Assembly: GCA_965263355.1 (NCBI GenBank)
Contig: CBDHHL010000032.1
Span: 3,040,001 to 3,104,000, forward strand
Origin: Leptolyngbyaceae cyanobacterium
Lineage (GTDB): Bacteria; Cyanobacteriota; Cyanobacteriia; Phormidesmidales; Phormidesmidaceae
Length of the DNA stretch: 64,000 bases
Direction: 5' to 3'
Shown here in pieces: positions 19,737 to 29,757 of the stretch (its first letter is position 1; each line of letters opens with the position of its first letter). The notes beneath the pieces were generated by a model. The model was not told the origin of the DNA. It saw only the letters and a list, made by a program, of their open reading frames with translations, and searched no databases. The translations under genes were made by a program, and so were the position numbers.

Positions 19737-22700
19737 ATGTTTAACGCCTTTAAGTTTTTGCAAGATGGTCGGCTCGTTCAGTTGCTGCTGCTGGCGGTGA
19801 CTGTATTGGGACTAAGTGTAATTTCCATGTCCGTAGCCGATGCCATTTTTGTCAGCCACCTAGGGGCTGACCAGCTACCAATTTGCTTTGTTTTTATTGG
19901 TCTGTGCTCCATGCCAGCCTATGCGAGCATTAGTTCTGTGATGCAGCGAGTGCGCAGGACCCAGATGTTTATGGCGGCATTACTAGTGCTTTTGATGCTA
20001 ACGCTAGCACTACGGCTGGCACTGCCCTTAGATAGCACCCCAGTGTACTACGGGCTGATGATTGTCAGCTTTTTTCAGTGGGACCTCTCCGTTAATATTC
20101 TTTTTCCCAGTTTGCTGACGGATTATTTCAATACCTTGGAATACAAGCAATATATTTCCTACATCAGCATTGCTCAGGCAGTGGGCATCTTGATAGGGGG
20201 CAGCTGTTTGAGTGGTCTGTCTCAGTGGATTAGCCCCCAGGATTTGCTACTATGTTTACCAGCGGCGGTTGCGATCGCGTTGCTGCAACTAATTTATCTG
20301 GAACGTACTCAAAGGCCCCTGACGTCTGCTTCAGGTCACCACACCGTTGGTATCCTAGAATCTCTCCAGTCTTTTCCAGGCTTAGCTAAGCGTTATCCCC
20401 TAGTCTCTTTTTTAGCGGCTAGTAGCTTTCTCTGGGTGACTATCTATCTCAGCTCAGAATTTCTCTGGTTCACTATCTACAGTCAACAGTTTAATGAGCG
20501 TGAGCTGACCGCGTTCATAGGTCTGATGCAGATTTTGACGGGTGTGGCACGCATCACCGTGCTTTATTTAGTCACCCGTCCCCTGTTGCATTGGTTGGGG
20601 GTAGCTCGTATGAATATTTTGTTTCCCCTGACGACCCTAGCCTCCTTCATTAGCCTTGGGGTGAATGGCAATCTATCCGCCGCCATTGGTTTACAGATCA
20701 ATGGTGATGGCCTTCACAATGCCATTAATCGACCGGTGCATCAGCTCAATTACAACGCTATTCCCCAACAATTTTTAGAACGCATTCGTGCCTTGAGCGA
20801 TGGGGTTATCTATGCCATCGGTCTGATTTGTGGGGGTGGGTTTCTTTGGCTATGTGAGCATAGCTTGAATCTGCAACAGATTACCTGGGTATCGTCCGGT
20901 TTGGTGGGGATGTTTTTATTGGTGCGGCTCCCCATGGGCCGTTTTTACGCTAGTGGTTTAGAAGACTTGATCCGCACCGACGCTATTGACCTAAATCGGC
21001 TGGCCAGTCGCCAGTCCGTGTTACCGCTAAAACCCGTTATCAAAACGCTGATTCACAACGACAATGGCTACGATCAACTTAGGGGATTGGAGTTGGCCAC
21101 TCGTCTCGGAGAACCGATGGAGTTTTTGGAGGATGTTTTACATCTGTTATCGACGGCGGACCGGTCAGTGCGCTCAGCAGTAGTCACCCTGTTTAGTGAT
21201 GGTTTTTTAAGTGATAGTTCTGAGGAAACCCCTTGGGTAGAAAACTTTGTAACCGTTGAAGGCCATACGGATCTATGGTCAGTATGGCAAGAACAATTAG
21301 CTCCAGAGCAGCCGTTGGCCTGTCGACTAACGGCGTTGGAAATTTTGATAGTGCAGCAACAGGCCATTCCCCAAGACCGATTAGAGGAACTGAGTAGTCA
21401 TGAGGATTACAATTTGCGCTCCCTCGCCATGGTGGCACTTTTGCAGCAAAAATCTATCCGTGATACGGCTCACTTCTTGCAAGGAGACATTGATGACGGC
21501 GTCGCTAAGGTGATTATGCGGGTGGTAGCTCGTAGCGGTGATACCACCTTGCTCGGGTTATTAATGAAGCTGCTTCCCCAGGGCACTGCAGAGACAAAGC
21601 AGCGAGGATTGACTACTCTGAGCCAATTGCTTGATACTCTACCCGATGAGATGCTGACCCAGGTCATTGCCTTTGCCCAACAGAATTTTGACCATAATGA
21701 ACCGGCTATTAGAATTGCTGCGCTTGATCTCTGGCAGCGGTGCAGTGATGAGTTAGCCCCCTTGGTCACTGCTCTGAGTGATAGCCAGTCGTTGGTGCGC
21801 GAAGCTGCCGCCACCTGGTTAGCGGACAAGGGGGGCTTGGCAGAGGCCCAGGCTCAGCTGGCTTCTAAGAACCATAATGCTGTGAATGGTGCCATTGCTA
21901 CGATTGGTCGGATTCGTACCCGACAGGCCAGTGATATCCTGTATGCGCACTTAGCTGGTGATTTTCGGCAATTAGAACGCACCCGTAGTTGGCAAACGCA
22001 GATTCCTCGGTATGACCCTTACTGGCAGCCCTTGGTGGTTGCGATCGCTGACTACCATCAACGGCTGCTCCAAAAGGTGCTCTATATCTTGTCTAGTCTA
22101 GGCTATGGTCCCACAGTTAATACCGTTAATCAAATTTTGGCCACTACGGACGATCGAGATCGTTCCAATGCAGTGGAGGTGCTGGCGTCTCTCAATCACC
22201 GTCGGTTTATATTACCCTTGTTGCCCTTACTGGGAAAAAAGACTGACTATGTGCGTAAGTCTTTCACCCATCAGCTTTCTCTCAAATGGCTCAAAAACAA
22301 AGGTTATAAAATCCTTCTAGAGGCTATAGACTCAAAGGATCGATGGTTGCGGGCAGGGGCCTTGATTGCGTTAGCTAAAATTCCTCAAGCCTCCTTAAAT
22401 GATGTTGATCCTATAGTACGGGCGGTTGCCCGTGATCTATTTCTCATCACTCCCCGCTTACAGCATACTGATACAACTCTTCTAAACGATCCCCCAGACA
22501 CGCTTATGAACCGTCTACTCATTCTCAAAGATGTCGCTCTGTTTCAAGATCTTTCTTTGGATGAACTGCTGTTGATTGATGCGGTCCTAGAAGCTCAACA
22601 GTTTATGGCTGGTGAAACGATATTTGAAGAGGGAAGCTGGGGCACTCACTTGTACATTATTGCTTCAGGCACGGTACAGTTTGTTAAAATATTAGATGAA

Positions 22701-22958
22701 GAACAGTGGGAATTCAAACAGCTGGCAGCTGGCAATCATTTTGGTGAGATTGCTCTCTTTGATGATTTTCCCCACTGGAGTGGAGCTGTTGCGAAGGATG
22801 ATTGTCTATTACTAAAGCTGGAAAAGCAACGTTTTATCAACTTGACAACACAACGTCCCCACATTTTGCTTATGATTTGCCGATTTATCAGCCTGCAGCT
22901 CCGAGAGGTAGATAAGTTTCGTTCAGCGAAAAAAGTCAAAGAGGCGGCATCGAAATAA
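19737..22958 (+). CDS. MFS/NTT-like membrane domain + HEAT repeats + cyclic-nucleotide-binding domain protein
   Basis: About 12 TM segments, then HEAT-like repeats (VRSAVV, IRIAAL, VREAAA, LRAGAL), then a CNB domain (IFEEG..GTHLYIIASG..FGEIALF). Start may be 19650 or 19737. Confidence 0.8.
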   Translation: MFNAFKFLQDGRLVQLLLLAVTVLGLSVISMSVADAIFVSHLGADQLPICFVFIGLCSMPAYASISSVMQRVRRTQMFMAALLVLLMLTLALRLALPLDSTPVYYGLMIVSFFQWDLSVNILFPSLLTDYFNTLEYKQYISYISIAQAVGILIGGSCLSGLSQWISPQDLLLCLPAAVAIALLQLIYLERTQRPLTSASGHHTVGILESLQSFPGLAKRYPLVSFLAASSFLWVTIYLSSEFLWFTIYSQQFNERELTAFIGLMQILTGVARITVLYLVTRPLLHWLGVARMNILFPLTTLASFISLGVNGNLSAAIGLQINGDGLHNAINRPVHQLNYNAIPQQFLERIRALSDGVIYAIGLICGGGFLWLCEHSLNLQQITWVSSGLVGMFLLVRLPMGRFYASGLEDLIRTDAIDLNRLASRQSVLPLKPVIKTLIHNDNGYDQLRGLELATRLGEPMEFLEDVLHLLSTADRSVRSAVVTLFSDGFLSDSSEETPWVENFVTVEGHTDLWSVWQEQLAPEQPLACRLTALEILIVQQQAIPQDRLEELSSHEDYNLRSLAMVALLQQKSIRDTAHFLQGDIDDGVAKVIMRVVARSGDTTLLGLLMKLLPQGTAETKQRGLTTLSQLLDTLPDEMLTQVIAFAQQNFDHNEPAIRIAALDLWQRCSDELAPLVTALSDSQSLVREAAATWLADKGGLAEAQAQLASKNHNAVNGAIATIGRIRTRQASDILYAHLAGDFRQLERTRSWQTQIPRYDPYWQPLVVAIADYHQRLLQKVLYILSSLGYGPTVNTVNQILATTDDRDRSNAVEVLASLNHRRFILPLLPLLGKKTDYVRKSFTHQLSLKWLKNKGYKILLEAIDSKDRWLRAGALIALAKIPQASLNDVDPIVRAVARDLFLITPRLQHTDTTLLNDPPDTLMNRLLILKDVALFQDLSLDELLLIDAVLEAQQFMAGETIFEEGSWGTHLYIIASGTVQFVKILDEEQWEFKQLAAGNHFGEIALFDDFPHWSGAVAKDDCLLLKLEKQRFINLTTQRPHILLMICRFISLQLREVDKFRSAKKVKEAASK

Positions 22959-23069
22959 GATAGTGTTTAAGCTCTGCTGCTAGTCAAATGAATAAGACAG
23001 AGTTGGATAAGGTGCTGAGCTGTCCATTGAACTGACGCAGCAATACCTCGGTGATAACAGTCTGTGTGT

Positions 23070-24134
23070 TTATCGTGTATTCAACCAGCCAGTTCGCCAC
23101 TGACACCACTGTAGTAGTAACCATCCTCGATGCTGTTTGAACAGTGTGTAAAAGTAGATGGCCAGAATTGCAGTAAGGCAGAATGTGCCCAAAGTGTTAT
23201 ACGTGTTGATAATTTGCTGGTTGCTCCAGCCATGACCATCGGCGAGCCCCTCCATGTCGCCATCACCGCCCCACAATGAGCCCCATGGAATCTCCTGCAA
23301 GCCATGTCGCACCTGTCGCCAGGTCCACAGGCTACCAAAAAATGTAAACGATGCACCAACAACAACAGGGTAGCGGTACAGTCCCCACTGAAAATACTGG
23401 GGTAGTGGAAAGTAGTAGCCGACAATTAGCAGAGTGCAAATCAAAAACTCTCCACCAATGCCACCGAAGTACAACAACATGTCAAACGTATTGGCTGACA
23501 TGAGCCAGGTCATACCAAACTGTATAATTGCAAGAGAGATAGCTAACATTCTGGGCCAGCGTTTCTGTTCTCGCTGCCCAGCCCAAAACAACAATCCAAA
23601 CAGAAGCAGCACACCGACATACACAAAGACAGACCGCTGTGGATTGACTGGCGTAAACCCAATGGGTAAGGGGATAGCGCGACGGCCAGCCATCCAGGCT
23701 ACCACTGCATGGCCGAACTCATGAAACCAGATATCAATGCCTCGCAGTAGCACCCCAATAGGGGCAAAGGCTTTCAGACCAATACCGGTCAGCACCATTA
23801 ATGGAAAATAAAACACCGCGCTAAAGCGATTGTCAAAGGACGTTAGATCAGTATCAGCCTTGGTAAGTGGTGCGATCTCAAACGTCTGTTGCCAGGACGC
23901 CTGCTTCGGGGCTGTCAAACCATAAATATGTACTACCTGCAGATGCGTCAGGCCCAGCTGATCTAGGTTTATACGATAAAGCAGTGTCCGTAGAGTCTTC
24001 GTCGCAGGCTCTGGCATTGGTGCATCGGCTACTGCCAGACCGATATGCAAATGCTCCCCGCGGACACTGACCTGAGCCGAGAGCCCAACTTGCGCGATCT
24101 CAGTTACCAAAGCATTGAGGCTATCTGGCTGCAT
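23070..24134 (-). CDS. Membrane protein with HExxH, M50-like metallopeptidase candidate
   Basis: WFHEFGHA next to a TM segment, GGIGGEF, GDGDM; several TM helices. Confidence 0.65.
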   Translation of the reverse strand: MQPDSLNALVTEIAQVGLSAQVSVRGEHLHIGLAVADAPMPEPATKTLRTLLYRINLDQLGLTHLQVVHIYGLTAPKQASWQQTFEIAPLTKADTDLTSFDNRFSAVFYFPLMVLTGIGLKAFAPIGVLLRGIDIWFHEFGHAVVAWMAGRRAIPLPIGFTPVNPQRSVFVYVGVLLLFGLLFWAGQREQKRWPRMLAISLAIIQFGMTWLMSANTFDMLLYFGGIGGEFLICTLLIVGYYFPLPQYFQWGLYRYPVVVGASFTFFGSLWTWRQVRHGLQEIPWGSLWGGDGDMEGLADGHGWSNQQIINTYNTLGTFCLTAILAIYFYTLFKQHRGWLLLQWCQWRTGWLNTR

Positions 24135-24301
24135 AGGCTATTTCACCGTATGAAACTAAAATTAGCGTTCCCATTCTGGTAAAACGGCCTCAAAAACCTT
24201 AACTCGAAAAATTCACAAATCGGCCTTTGGAACCGTCTTTCAGCACAGAAGACAAAACTAGACGAACGTCGGGTGAGCTGAACTTAGTGGAGGGTTGCGA
24301 A

Positions 24302-24815
24302 ATGGCTAATATACAAAATCAAGAGACTCCTGTTCTCGTGGTGGGCAGTGGCATTACAGGATTAATGACAGCGTATTATGCAAAGTCAGCAGGCTATTCA
24401 GTGCGGTTGCTTAGTACAAGTCCAGACCGTTGGTGAACAAGTTATGCAGGAAGAATCGCCCCTAACGGCCTGTACTGTGATGATAACTTCTGCTGCACTG
24501 GTATACGGAGCTATCGTAGCAATACGTGGAATTAGTTTTCCTACACGTTGATCTGGTTGGTTTGCGATCGCTGCACTTGCTTTGGTTTCAACAATTTTAG
24601 CGATCGGCACATTATTTGCTGGAATTAAACTTTTAGGAGCACCCACAGCGGCAATGCTGTCAACGCTGGAGCCCGTAATAACTATCGTGCTGTCAATGAT
24701 GATTTTGCACCAGTCAGTTACGACAATACAACTTATTGGTGGAGCCTTGATTCTCACAGCTGTCTTTATTGTAGCAATCGAAAAAATTGCTAATCAACCA
24801 CCTGAAATGGGCTAA
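24302..24815 (+). pseudogene. Chimeric remnant: N-terminus of an FAD-dependent oxidoreductase joined to the C-terminal half of an EamA/DMT transporter
   Basis: 24302-24436 has VLVVGSGITGLMTAYYA (GxGxxG) then stops. A second frame from about 24432 reads EQVMQEESPLTACTVMITSAALVYG...PTR*SGWFAIAALALVSTILA...LSTLEPVITIVLS...QLIGGALIL, with an internal TGA at 24549. Confidence 0.75.
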
Positions 24816-25046
24816 GTGAACGCTATACTGCCATGACCAAAACTTTGGTGTAAGGAAAAGTGATCTGTGAAGACTGGTTTAACAACCTGCTTACATCCAA
24901 CCATTGAAAGTTTATGAGTTAGACGTTTAAGGGGAATGGTGGCAGGTGAAACAGAATGTTAGGCATTAATATCTGTAAACGTTACGACTCCTGTAGGGAG
25001 TAAGTAATAACCAAAGATCAGTGCATTGGGGGAGCTTTACAAGCAT

Positions 25047-25718
25047 CTATTGCGGCACGCTCTTCTGTTGCGCATAGGTCAAATGACCTTTATATTCAGC
25101 TATCTTGGCCTGGGCCATGGAATAGTTCGGATCTCCCTCAGGAATCGATTCTAAAATTACGATGGACTGTTGCCAGAAGCTGGCGATCAGTGACCAATCG
25201 TCAAAGCTAATGGCCATTTGGGTGAGGGCTTCAGCCTTCATGGCGAGGTCAAAGGCGGGCTGTAGGTTTGTCGCTGTCTCTGCTGTCTCTGCTGTGCTCA
25301 GCTCTGACACTTCATCACCAGTGTCCTCTTCAGTCCCAGCGTCCTCTTTAGTAACAGCCTCCCCTTCATCACCAGTGTCCTCAAATCCATCCTCTGCCCA
25401 AGCATTTTCCTCCCAGGTGCTCTCTTCCCAGTCTCCGCCTTCCAGGTTGAAATCGTTATAGGCTTGCTGTATGACCATTGAACTCATCAAGGTACCGATG
25501 ACAAACATCAGCACACCGCCCAGGGATAGAAATAGCGAATTTCGTACCCACTTGCGACTCCAGAATTTAATCACAAATATTAGGGACGCAAAGGGGACAA
25601 ATAAATAGAGTAGGCCCCAGGTGACACTTTCTTGAAATGACTGAACAATACCGATAATGCCGCCCGATAGAGATAGCACTAGACCTAAAAGAAATAGAAG
25701 AATTAATAAACTTGACAT
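25047..25718 (-). CDS. Hypothetical membrane protein with acidic linker
   Basis: Three N-terminal TM segments, an E/D-rich linker with a duplicated EDTGDE, and a helical C-terminal domain (W..AI/SI..L..IP...PNY..AQAKIAEY). Confidence 0.7.
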   Translation of the reverse strand: MSSLLILLFLLGLVLSLSGGIIGIVQSFQESVTWGLLYLFVPFASLIFVIKFWSRKWVRNSLFLSLGGVLMFVIGTLMSSMVIQQAYNDFNLEGGDWEESTWEENAWAEDGFEDTGDEGEAVTKEDAGTEEDTGDEVSELSTAETAETATNLQPAFDLAMKAEALTQMAISFDDWSLIASFWQQSIVILESIPEGDPNYSMAQAKIAEYKGHLTYAQQKSVPQ

Positions 25719-25825
25719 TGTATAGCCCCAAATGTTGCCCTTAACTTACCCAGTTTGGCTGATGGGTCAACAGTGAGCTGTAAACTACGTTCTCTAGTTA
25801 GAGCTGGCGTTTTATTTCCATAGAA

Positions 25826-25850
25826 AAGGGGGCTTGATATCTGATAGCTA
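25826..25850. promoter_or_regulatory. Shared 25-nt intergenic motif, copy 2
   Basis: aagggggcttgatatctgatagcta, between divergent genes; matches 10995-11019. Confidence 0.55.
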
Positions 25851-25964
25851 CTTAGTAGTACCGCTTGAGTTGAGTGTGCGTAATGTTGATTCTAAAGGAT
25901 CTTTTGATTTTTTTAATTCATTTCTGCTACTACACTCGATAAGTAGATTCAAATAGAGGATAGT

Positions 25965-26570
25965 ATGCTTAGTTACCTTTTTCGACTGGTTGCATTATTT
26001 GCATTTGCAATCATCCTAAACGTTTCTGTAGTGTCCGCTGCTAGTGCAGATTGCATATCAGACAAGATCTCTGATCAGTATGGCGTACCTGCGTTAGAAC
26101 AATGTGCAGAATCCTTGAATGAAAGCGACATAATCGGGACAACTAAGTGTCTTTCAAATTACCTTGGTTTATCAATTTCTGATGTTTCCCAGAAAATGTA
26201 TCTCTGGATCAACCAATGTGGTCCAGAGGAGACAGAAAAGTTTTTTACGGATCGTGCAGATGATGTGAAAGACTTTTTTGAAGGCACTAGCAATGAAATT
26301 GTAGAGGGAGGCCAAGCAGCTGTAGATAAGACTAAAGAGGTCGCAAATGATGTGAAAGACTTGGCTGAGGACACTGGCAAACAAGCTTTAGATAAGACTA
26401 AAGAGACCGCAAATGAGGTGAAAGACTTTGCTGAAGAGACCGCAAATGATGTGAAAGACGTTGCTAAAGACGCTGGCAATGAAATTGTAGACACTGGCAA
26501 AGAAGCTGTAGATAAGACTAAAGAGGCTGCGAATACAGTAGTAGGCGGTTTGAAACGCTTTTTCCATTAA
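25965..26570 (+). CDS. Secreted protein with 4-Cys domain and LEA/apolipoprotein-like helical repeats
   Basis: Signal peptide ending ASA, four Cys, then recurring DKTKE/ANDVKD/AEETA repeats that are also visible at the DNA level. Confidence 0.75.
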   Translation: MLSYLFRLVALFAFAIILNVSVVSAASADCISDKISDQYGVPALEQCAESLNESDIIGTTKCLSNYLGLSISDVSQKMYLWINQCGPEETEKFFTDRADDVKDFFEGTSNEIVEGGQAAVDKTKEVANDVKDLAEDTGKQALDKTKETANEVKDFAEETANDVKDVAKDAGNEIVDTGKEAVDKTKEAANTVVGGLKRFFH

Positions 26571-26662
26571 TGGCTATGACGGCGTAAAACAACGGTCACC
26601 TTTTGGTAAGTCTGTTTACTGTTAGCCAAGAAAATAGGCTAAAAATTGCGATAATAAAATTT

Positions 26663-26709
26663 GATAGAGTCGCTCTCCAGTTCTTAATAAGAGTGACTCT
26701 ATCTTTTTT
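26663..26709 (+). terminator. Rho-independent terminator
   Basis: gatagagtcgctct...agagtgactctatc followed by tttttt. Confidence 0.75.
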
Positions 26710-26771
26710 ACTGGCTGAAGTCGTTTTGTAAAAAGAGAATATAAGCTAAAACGCACTGTCTGGCAATAGAT

Positions 26772-26803
26772 TGCTCCGTTACGCTATCGTTAACACATTC
26801 TAC
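26772..26803 (-). repeat. Degenerate GTAG-type REP
   Basis: Minus strand reads GTAGAATGTGTTAACGATAGCGTAACGGAGCA, an imperfect hairpin with a GTAG head. Confidence 0.45.
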
Positions 26804-26830
26804 AAATACTTATGACTATTCACTGTCCAT

Positions 26831-27895
26831 TTATATTACCTTGTCTGTTTTGAAGAGTGGTGGCAAGGCCCTGGTCATAGGTTTCCAGTAGAGCCCCCAA
26901 ATTGTCTCATAGGTAGCAGTATCTGGTTCCAGTAAACCCATCTGAAAGATCTCTGGTTCCGCCGCAGAATACAGTGTGCCAAACCAGTAATCCCAAATAA
27001 CTAGCATATAGCCAAAATTTTTATTTATATGTCGTGACTCAATACTATGGTGGATTTGATGATAAGCCGGACTAAATAACATATGCTTGAAGGGACCATA
27101 GGAGATCCAAACGTGGCTGTGATAGAGAATACCCAGGAAATCATCGATCACATAGAAATATAAAAGTAACGGGGCTAATGCAACGTCTCCGCCCAGGTAA
27201 GCTTGAGAAAGTCCTGTCAGTATGCCAATTGTAACGGCAACGCAGGAATCTCTGAAAATAGACTCGACTGGATGAACCAGGAAACTGGCCATAGGCGTTA
27301 ACACTTCTAGAGAATGGTGCATCGCATGAAACTCCCAAAGGATAGGAATTTTGTGCAAGCAGTAATGACTGAAGAAGAGCATAAAATCTATAGCAAGAAT
27401 ATAGATGATTGTATAAACGTATTGGATACAAGGATTGTTTAGACTCAGATAAGCACTGTCAGGTTGAAAATTTGTTGTGTTAAAGATCCATAACAACATA
27501 ACGTGGCAGGCTTTTTCGACTGTAATTATGACAGTTGTTGAATAACCAAACCTAACTAAAACGTTTAATGTGCGGTCGACTACATAATATTTAAGGCTCA
27601 GAATTGTTTGAGGATGTTGATAAATTGGTTTGGGAAAGCAGAATTTCCAGTAATCTAACCAAACGTTGGTTCCAGCTTGCCAACATTCTTGAGCTAAAAA
27701 GGCCCATAAAAAAACAATTAGGTAAACTATTAGATGAATCCAATGAAATGGATTCTCCAGATCTGAAAAGAAAGGAAAGATGACTTGCTGAAATACGTCT
27801 AACCCCTTGTCTAAGATAAAACAATAAAGATGCTGTAGGGTAATAGTGTCTAAATTTAAGCAGCTTTTAAGGCTGTTGCTGAGATCTTCTATCAC
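26831..27895 (-). CDS. Sterol desaturase/fatty acid hydroxylase family protein
   Basis: His boxes HYCLH, HAMHH, HPVE, HSH, HQIHHS; NFG...WD..FGT. AT-rich. Confidence 0.88.
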   Translation of the reverse strand: MIEDLSNSLKSCLNLDTITLQHLYCFILDKGLDVFQQVIFPFFSDLENPFHWIHLIVYLIVFLWAFLAQECWQAGTNVWLDYWKFCFPKPIYQHPQTILSLKYYVVDRTLNVLVRFGYSTTVIITVEKACHVMLLWIFNTTNFQPDSAYLSLNNPCIQYVYTIIYILAIDFMLFFSHYCLHKIPILWEFHAMHHSLEVLTPMASFLVHPVESIFRDSCVAVTIGILTGLSQAYLGGDVALAPLLLYFYVIDDFLGILYHSHVWISYGPFKHMLFSPAYHQIHHSIESRHINKNFGYMLVIWDYWFGTLYSAAEPEIFQMGLLEPDTATYETIWGLYWKPMTRALPPLFKTDKVI

Positions 27896-27931
27896 GGTTC
27901 CTTCGTGTAGATTATATATGCGATGCTATCG

Positions 27932-29548
27932 TTAAGTGGCTTCAACTACAATAACTGGTAAAGAACTCGTTTCTACAACGGCCCTTGAAATAGAGCCGAC
28001 TAAAAAAGTTTCTAGATGTCGATGGCCTCGTTTACCCATAATAATTTCTGCGGCTCCATAGTCTTGGGCAACTCGTAGAATTTCTGTTGGAATAGCCCCT
28101 GATGTGGTGATAAATCGGTGTCGAATATCGGCTAAATGTTGTTTGCTCTGTTGTTGTAGGTGTTTGATTCCCTGAGGGTCGTCCACCCGTTGCACATGGA
28201 GTACCACGACATCGCCATCACATCGACGGGCAAGTTCAGCTGCTGTTGTTAGTACTTTTGCTGCCAGGGGTGATGTATCTACCGCTGCAAGTAAAACAAT
28301 TTTACGCTGGACAGATACCTTGGTGGGGTCCACCTCTCCCCGCTCTAGTAGTTTGGGGGCAAATGTGGGAATTGCCCAGGCCCCTAAGGGAGCCGTGACC
28401 AAAATCGATAAAGCCGCCAGGGCAAGAATTATGTCTCCGCCCTTTACACCTTGGGCTAATGGGATAGCGCCAATGGCCGCCTGCACCGTAGCTTTGGCAG
28501 AATTTCCTGCTAACAGAAACAGTCGTTCGTTGCGGGTCCAGTTGCTGCCTGATGTAGCTAAATACCAGCCGATGGAGCGCCCGACCAATGTGCCAATGGC
28601 CAGAATTAAGAGGCCGACGAGAAGTGTGTCACTTAGCACATTGAGTTGAATGCTGGCCCCCAATAACACAAACAAAATAATCTCTGCAACAACCCATAAA
28701 CTGTTGAAGCCTTCCCGTAGTCGTCTGGCCAGAGGACCATCCATCTGGATCAAAAAGAAACCGCTGGCCATCACAGCTAAGTAGCCCGAGAAGACAGGTA
28801 TATGCTCCGCAACAACAACAAGCAGTAGTGCAATACTGGCAGCGACAAGGGCATCCTGAATCGCATTTTGAGTCCAGTTTTGTTTGGCTAAAACCACCAC
28901 GAGTAACCGCGCAGTAAGCCAGCCTAGTAATATGCCTAAGCTGACTTGCAGGAGGACCTGTAGGGGCAAAAGTTGTATGGGGCTAAGGCTGAGATTGCCC
29001 AGGGTGATGCCTGTGTCCGTTTGCTGAGTTAAAAAGGCTAGCAGTAGGCTAAAGACCAGTAATAGCAGAACATCGGATAGGGCACTGCCGGTCAAAATCG
29101 CGTCGGGAATACCTTTTTTGACACCCCAGCCCAGACTTTTGAGCCTTAGCATGCCAGGTACGATGACGGCTGGTGATTCTGCCCCGAGGATGCAGCCGAG
29201 CAGTAGTCCGGTAGCGAGGTCGAATTGGAATAGCCCCATGGCAGTTAGGGCAACGGCAATGGCTTCACAGGCGGCGGGTAAGAAGCCAAGGCGTAGGGCT
29301 ACGCTACCTTGCTGGGCTAGCTTGTCGCGATCCAGGCCCAGTCCTGCCTTCATTAGAATGACCATGACGGCGATGGTGCGGAGGGAATCGGCTGCGTCAA
29401 GGACACCGGGGCTTAGCACGTTGCCCACTTGAGGACCGAGGAGGATGCCTGCGAGGACCATGCCCACCAGGGCTGGGGCGTTGAGTCTGCGGGCAATTTG
29501 TCCGGCGAAAAAGCCTGTGAGCAGAATCCAGATGATGCTTTCTAGCAT
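27932..29548 (-). CDS. Cation:proton antiporter with C-terminal universal stress protein domain
   Basis: ILMKAGLGLD, AESPAVIVP, LFVLLGA, KATVQAAIG; USP tail AVDTS...IIMGKRGH...GSISRAVVETSSLPVIVV. Confidence 0.9.
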   Translation of the reverse strand: MLESIIWILLTGFFAGQIARRLNAPALVGMVLAGILLGPQVGNVLSPGVLDAADSLRTIAVMVILMKAGLGLDRDKLAQQGSVALRLGFLPAACEAIAVALTAMGLFQFDLATGLLLGCILGAESPAVIVPGMLRLKSLGWGVKKGIPDAILTGSALSDVLLLLVFSLLLAFLTQQTDTGITLGNLSLSPIQLLPLQVLLQVSLGILLGWLTARLLVVVLAKQNWTQNAIQDALVAASIALLLVVVAEHIPVFSGYLAVMASGFFLIQMDGPLARRLREGFNSLWVVAEIILFVLLGASIQLNVLSDTLLVGLLILAIGTLVGRSIGWYLATSGSNWTRNERLFLLAGNSAKATVQAAIGAIPLAQGVKGGDIILALAALSILVTAPLGAWAIPTFAPKLLERGEVDPTKVSVQRKIVLLAAVDTSPLAAKVLTTAAELARRCDGDVVVLHVQRVDDPQGIKHLQQQSKQHLADIRHRFITTSGAIPTEILRVAQDYGAAEIIMGKRGHRHLETFLVGSISRAVVETSSLPVIVVEAT

Positions 29549-29757
29549 TGGGGTAGATGGCTGGGGAAAGCATTACCATACCGTCCTTCTGGCTTAAAAA
29601 CTGACGCTAGGATTTCATTTAGTGCAACGGCCTGTTGCACGAGTGATTGGTAAGTATGACGACATGGTTGTGGGGCTATCTATTGCCTGATTGATACTGA
29701 GTCAGCTGTAAGATAAACCTATAATCAAGCCATTAGACAAATTGAATCAGTTGAGGC

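Noticed and set aside
29549..29700. Fluoride or Na+/Li+ riboswitch upstream of the antiporter-USP gene
   Set aside because: The gene context fits, but I could not match a riboswitch consensus by eye; only a short hairpin (29622-29640) is evident. An Infernal/Rfam scan would decide.
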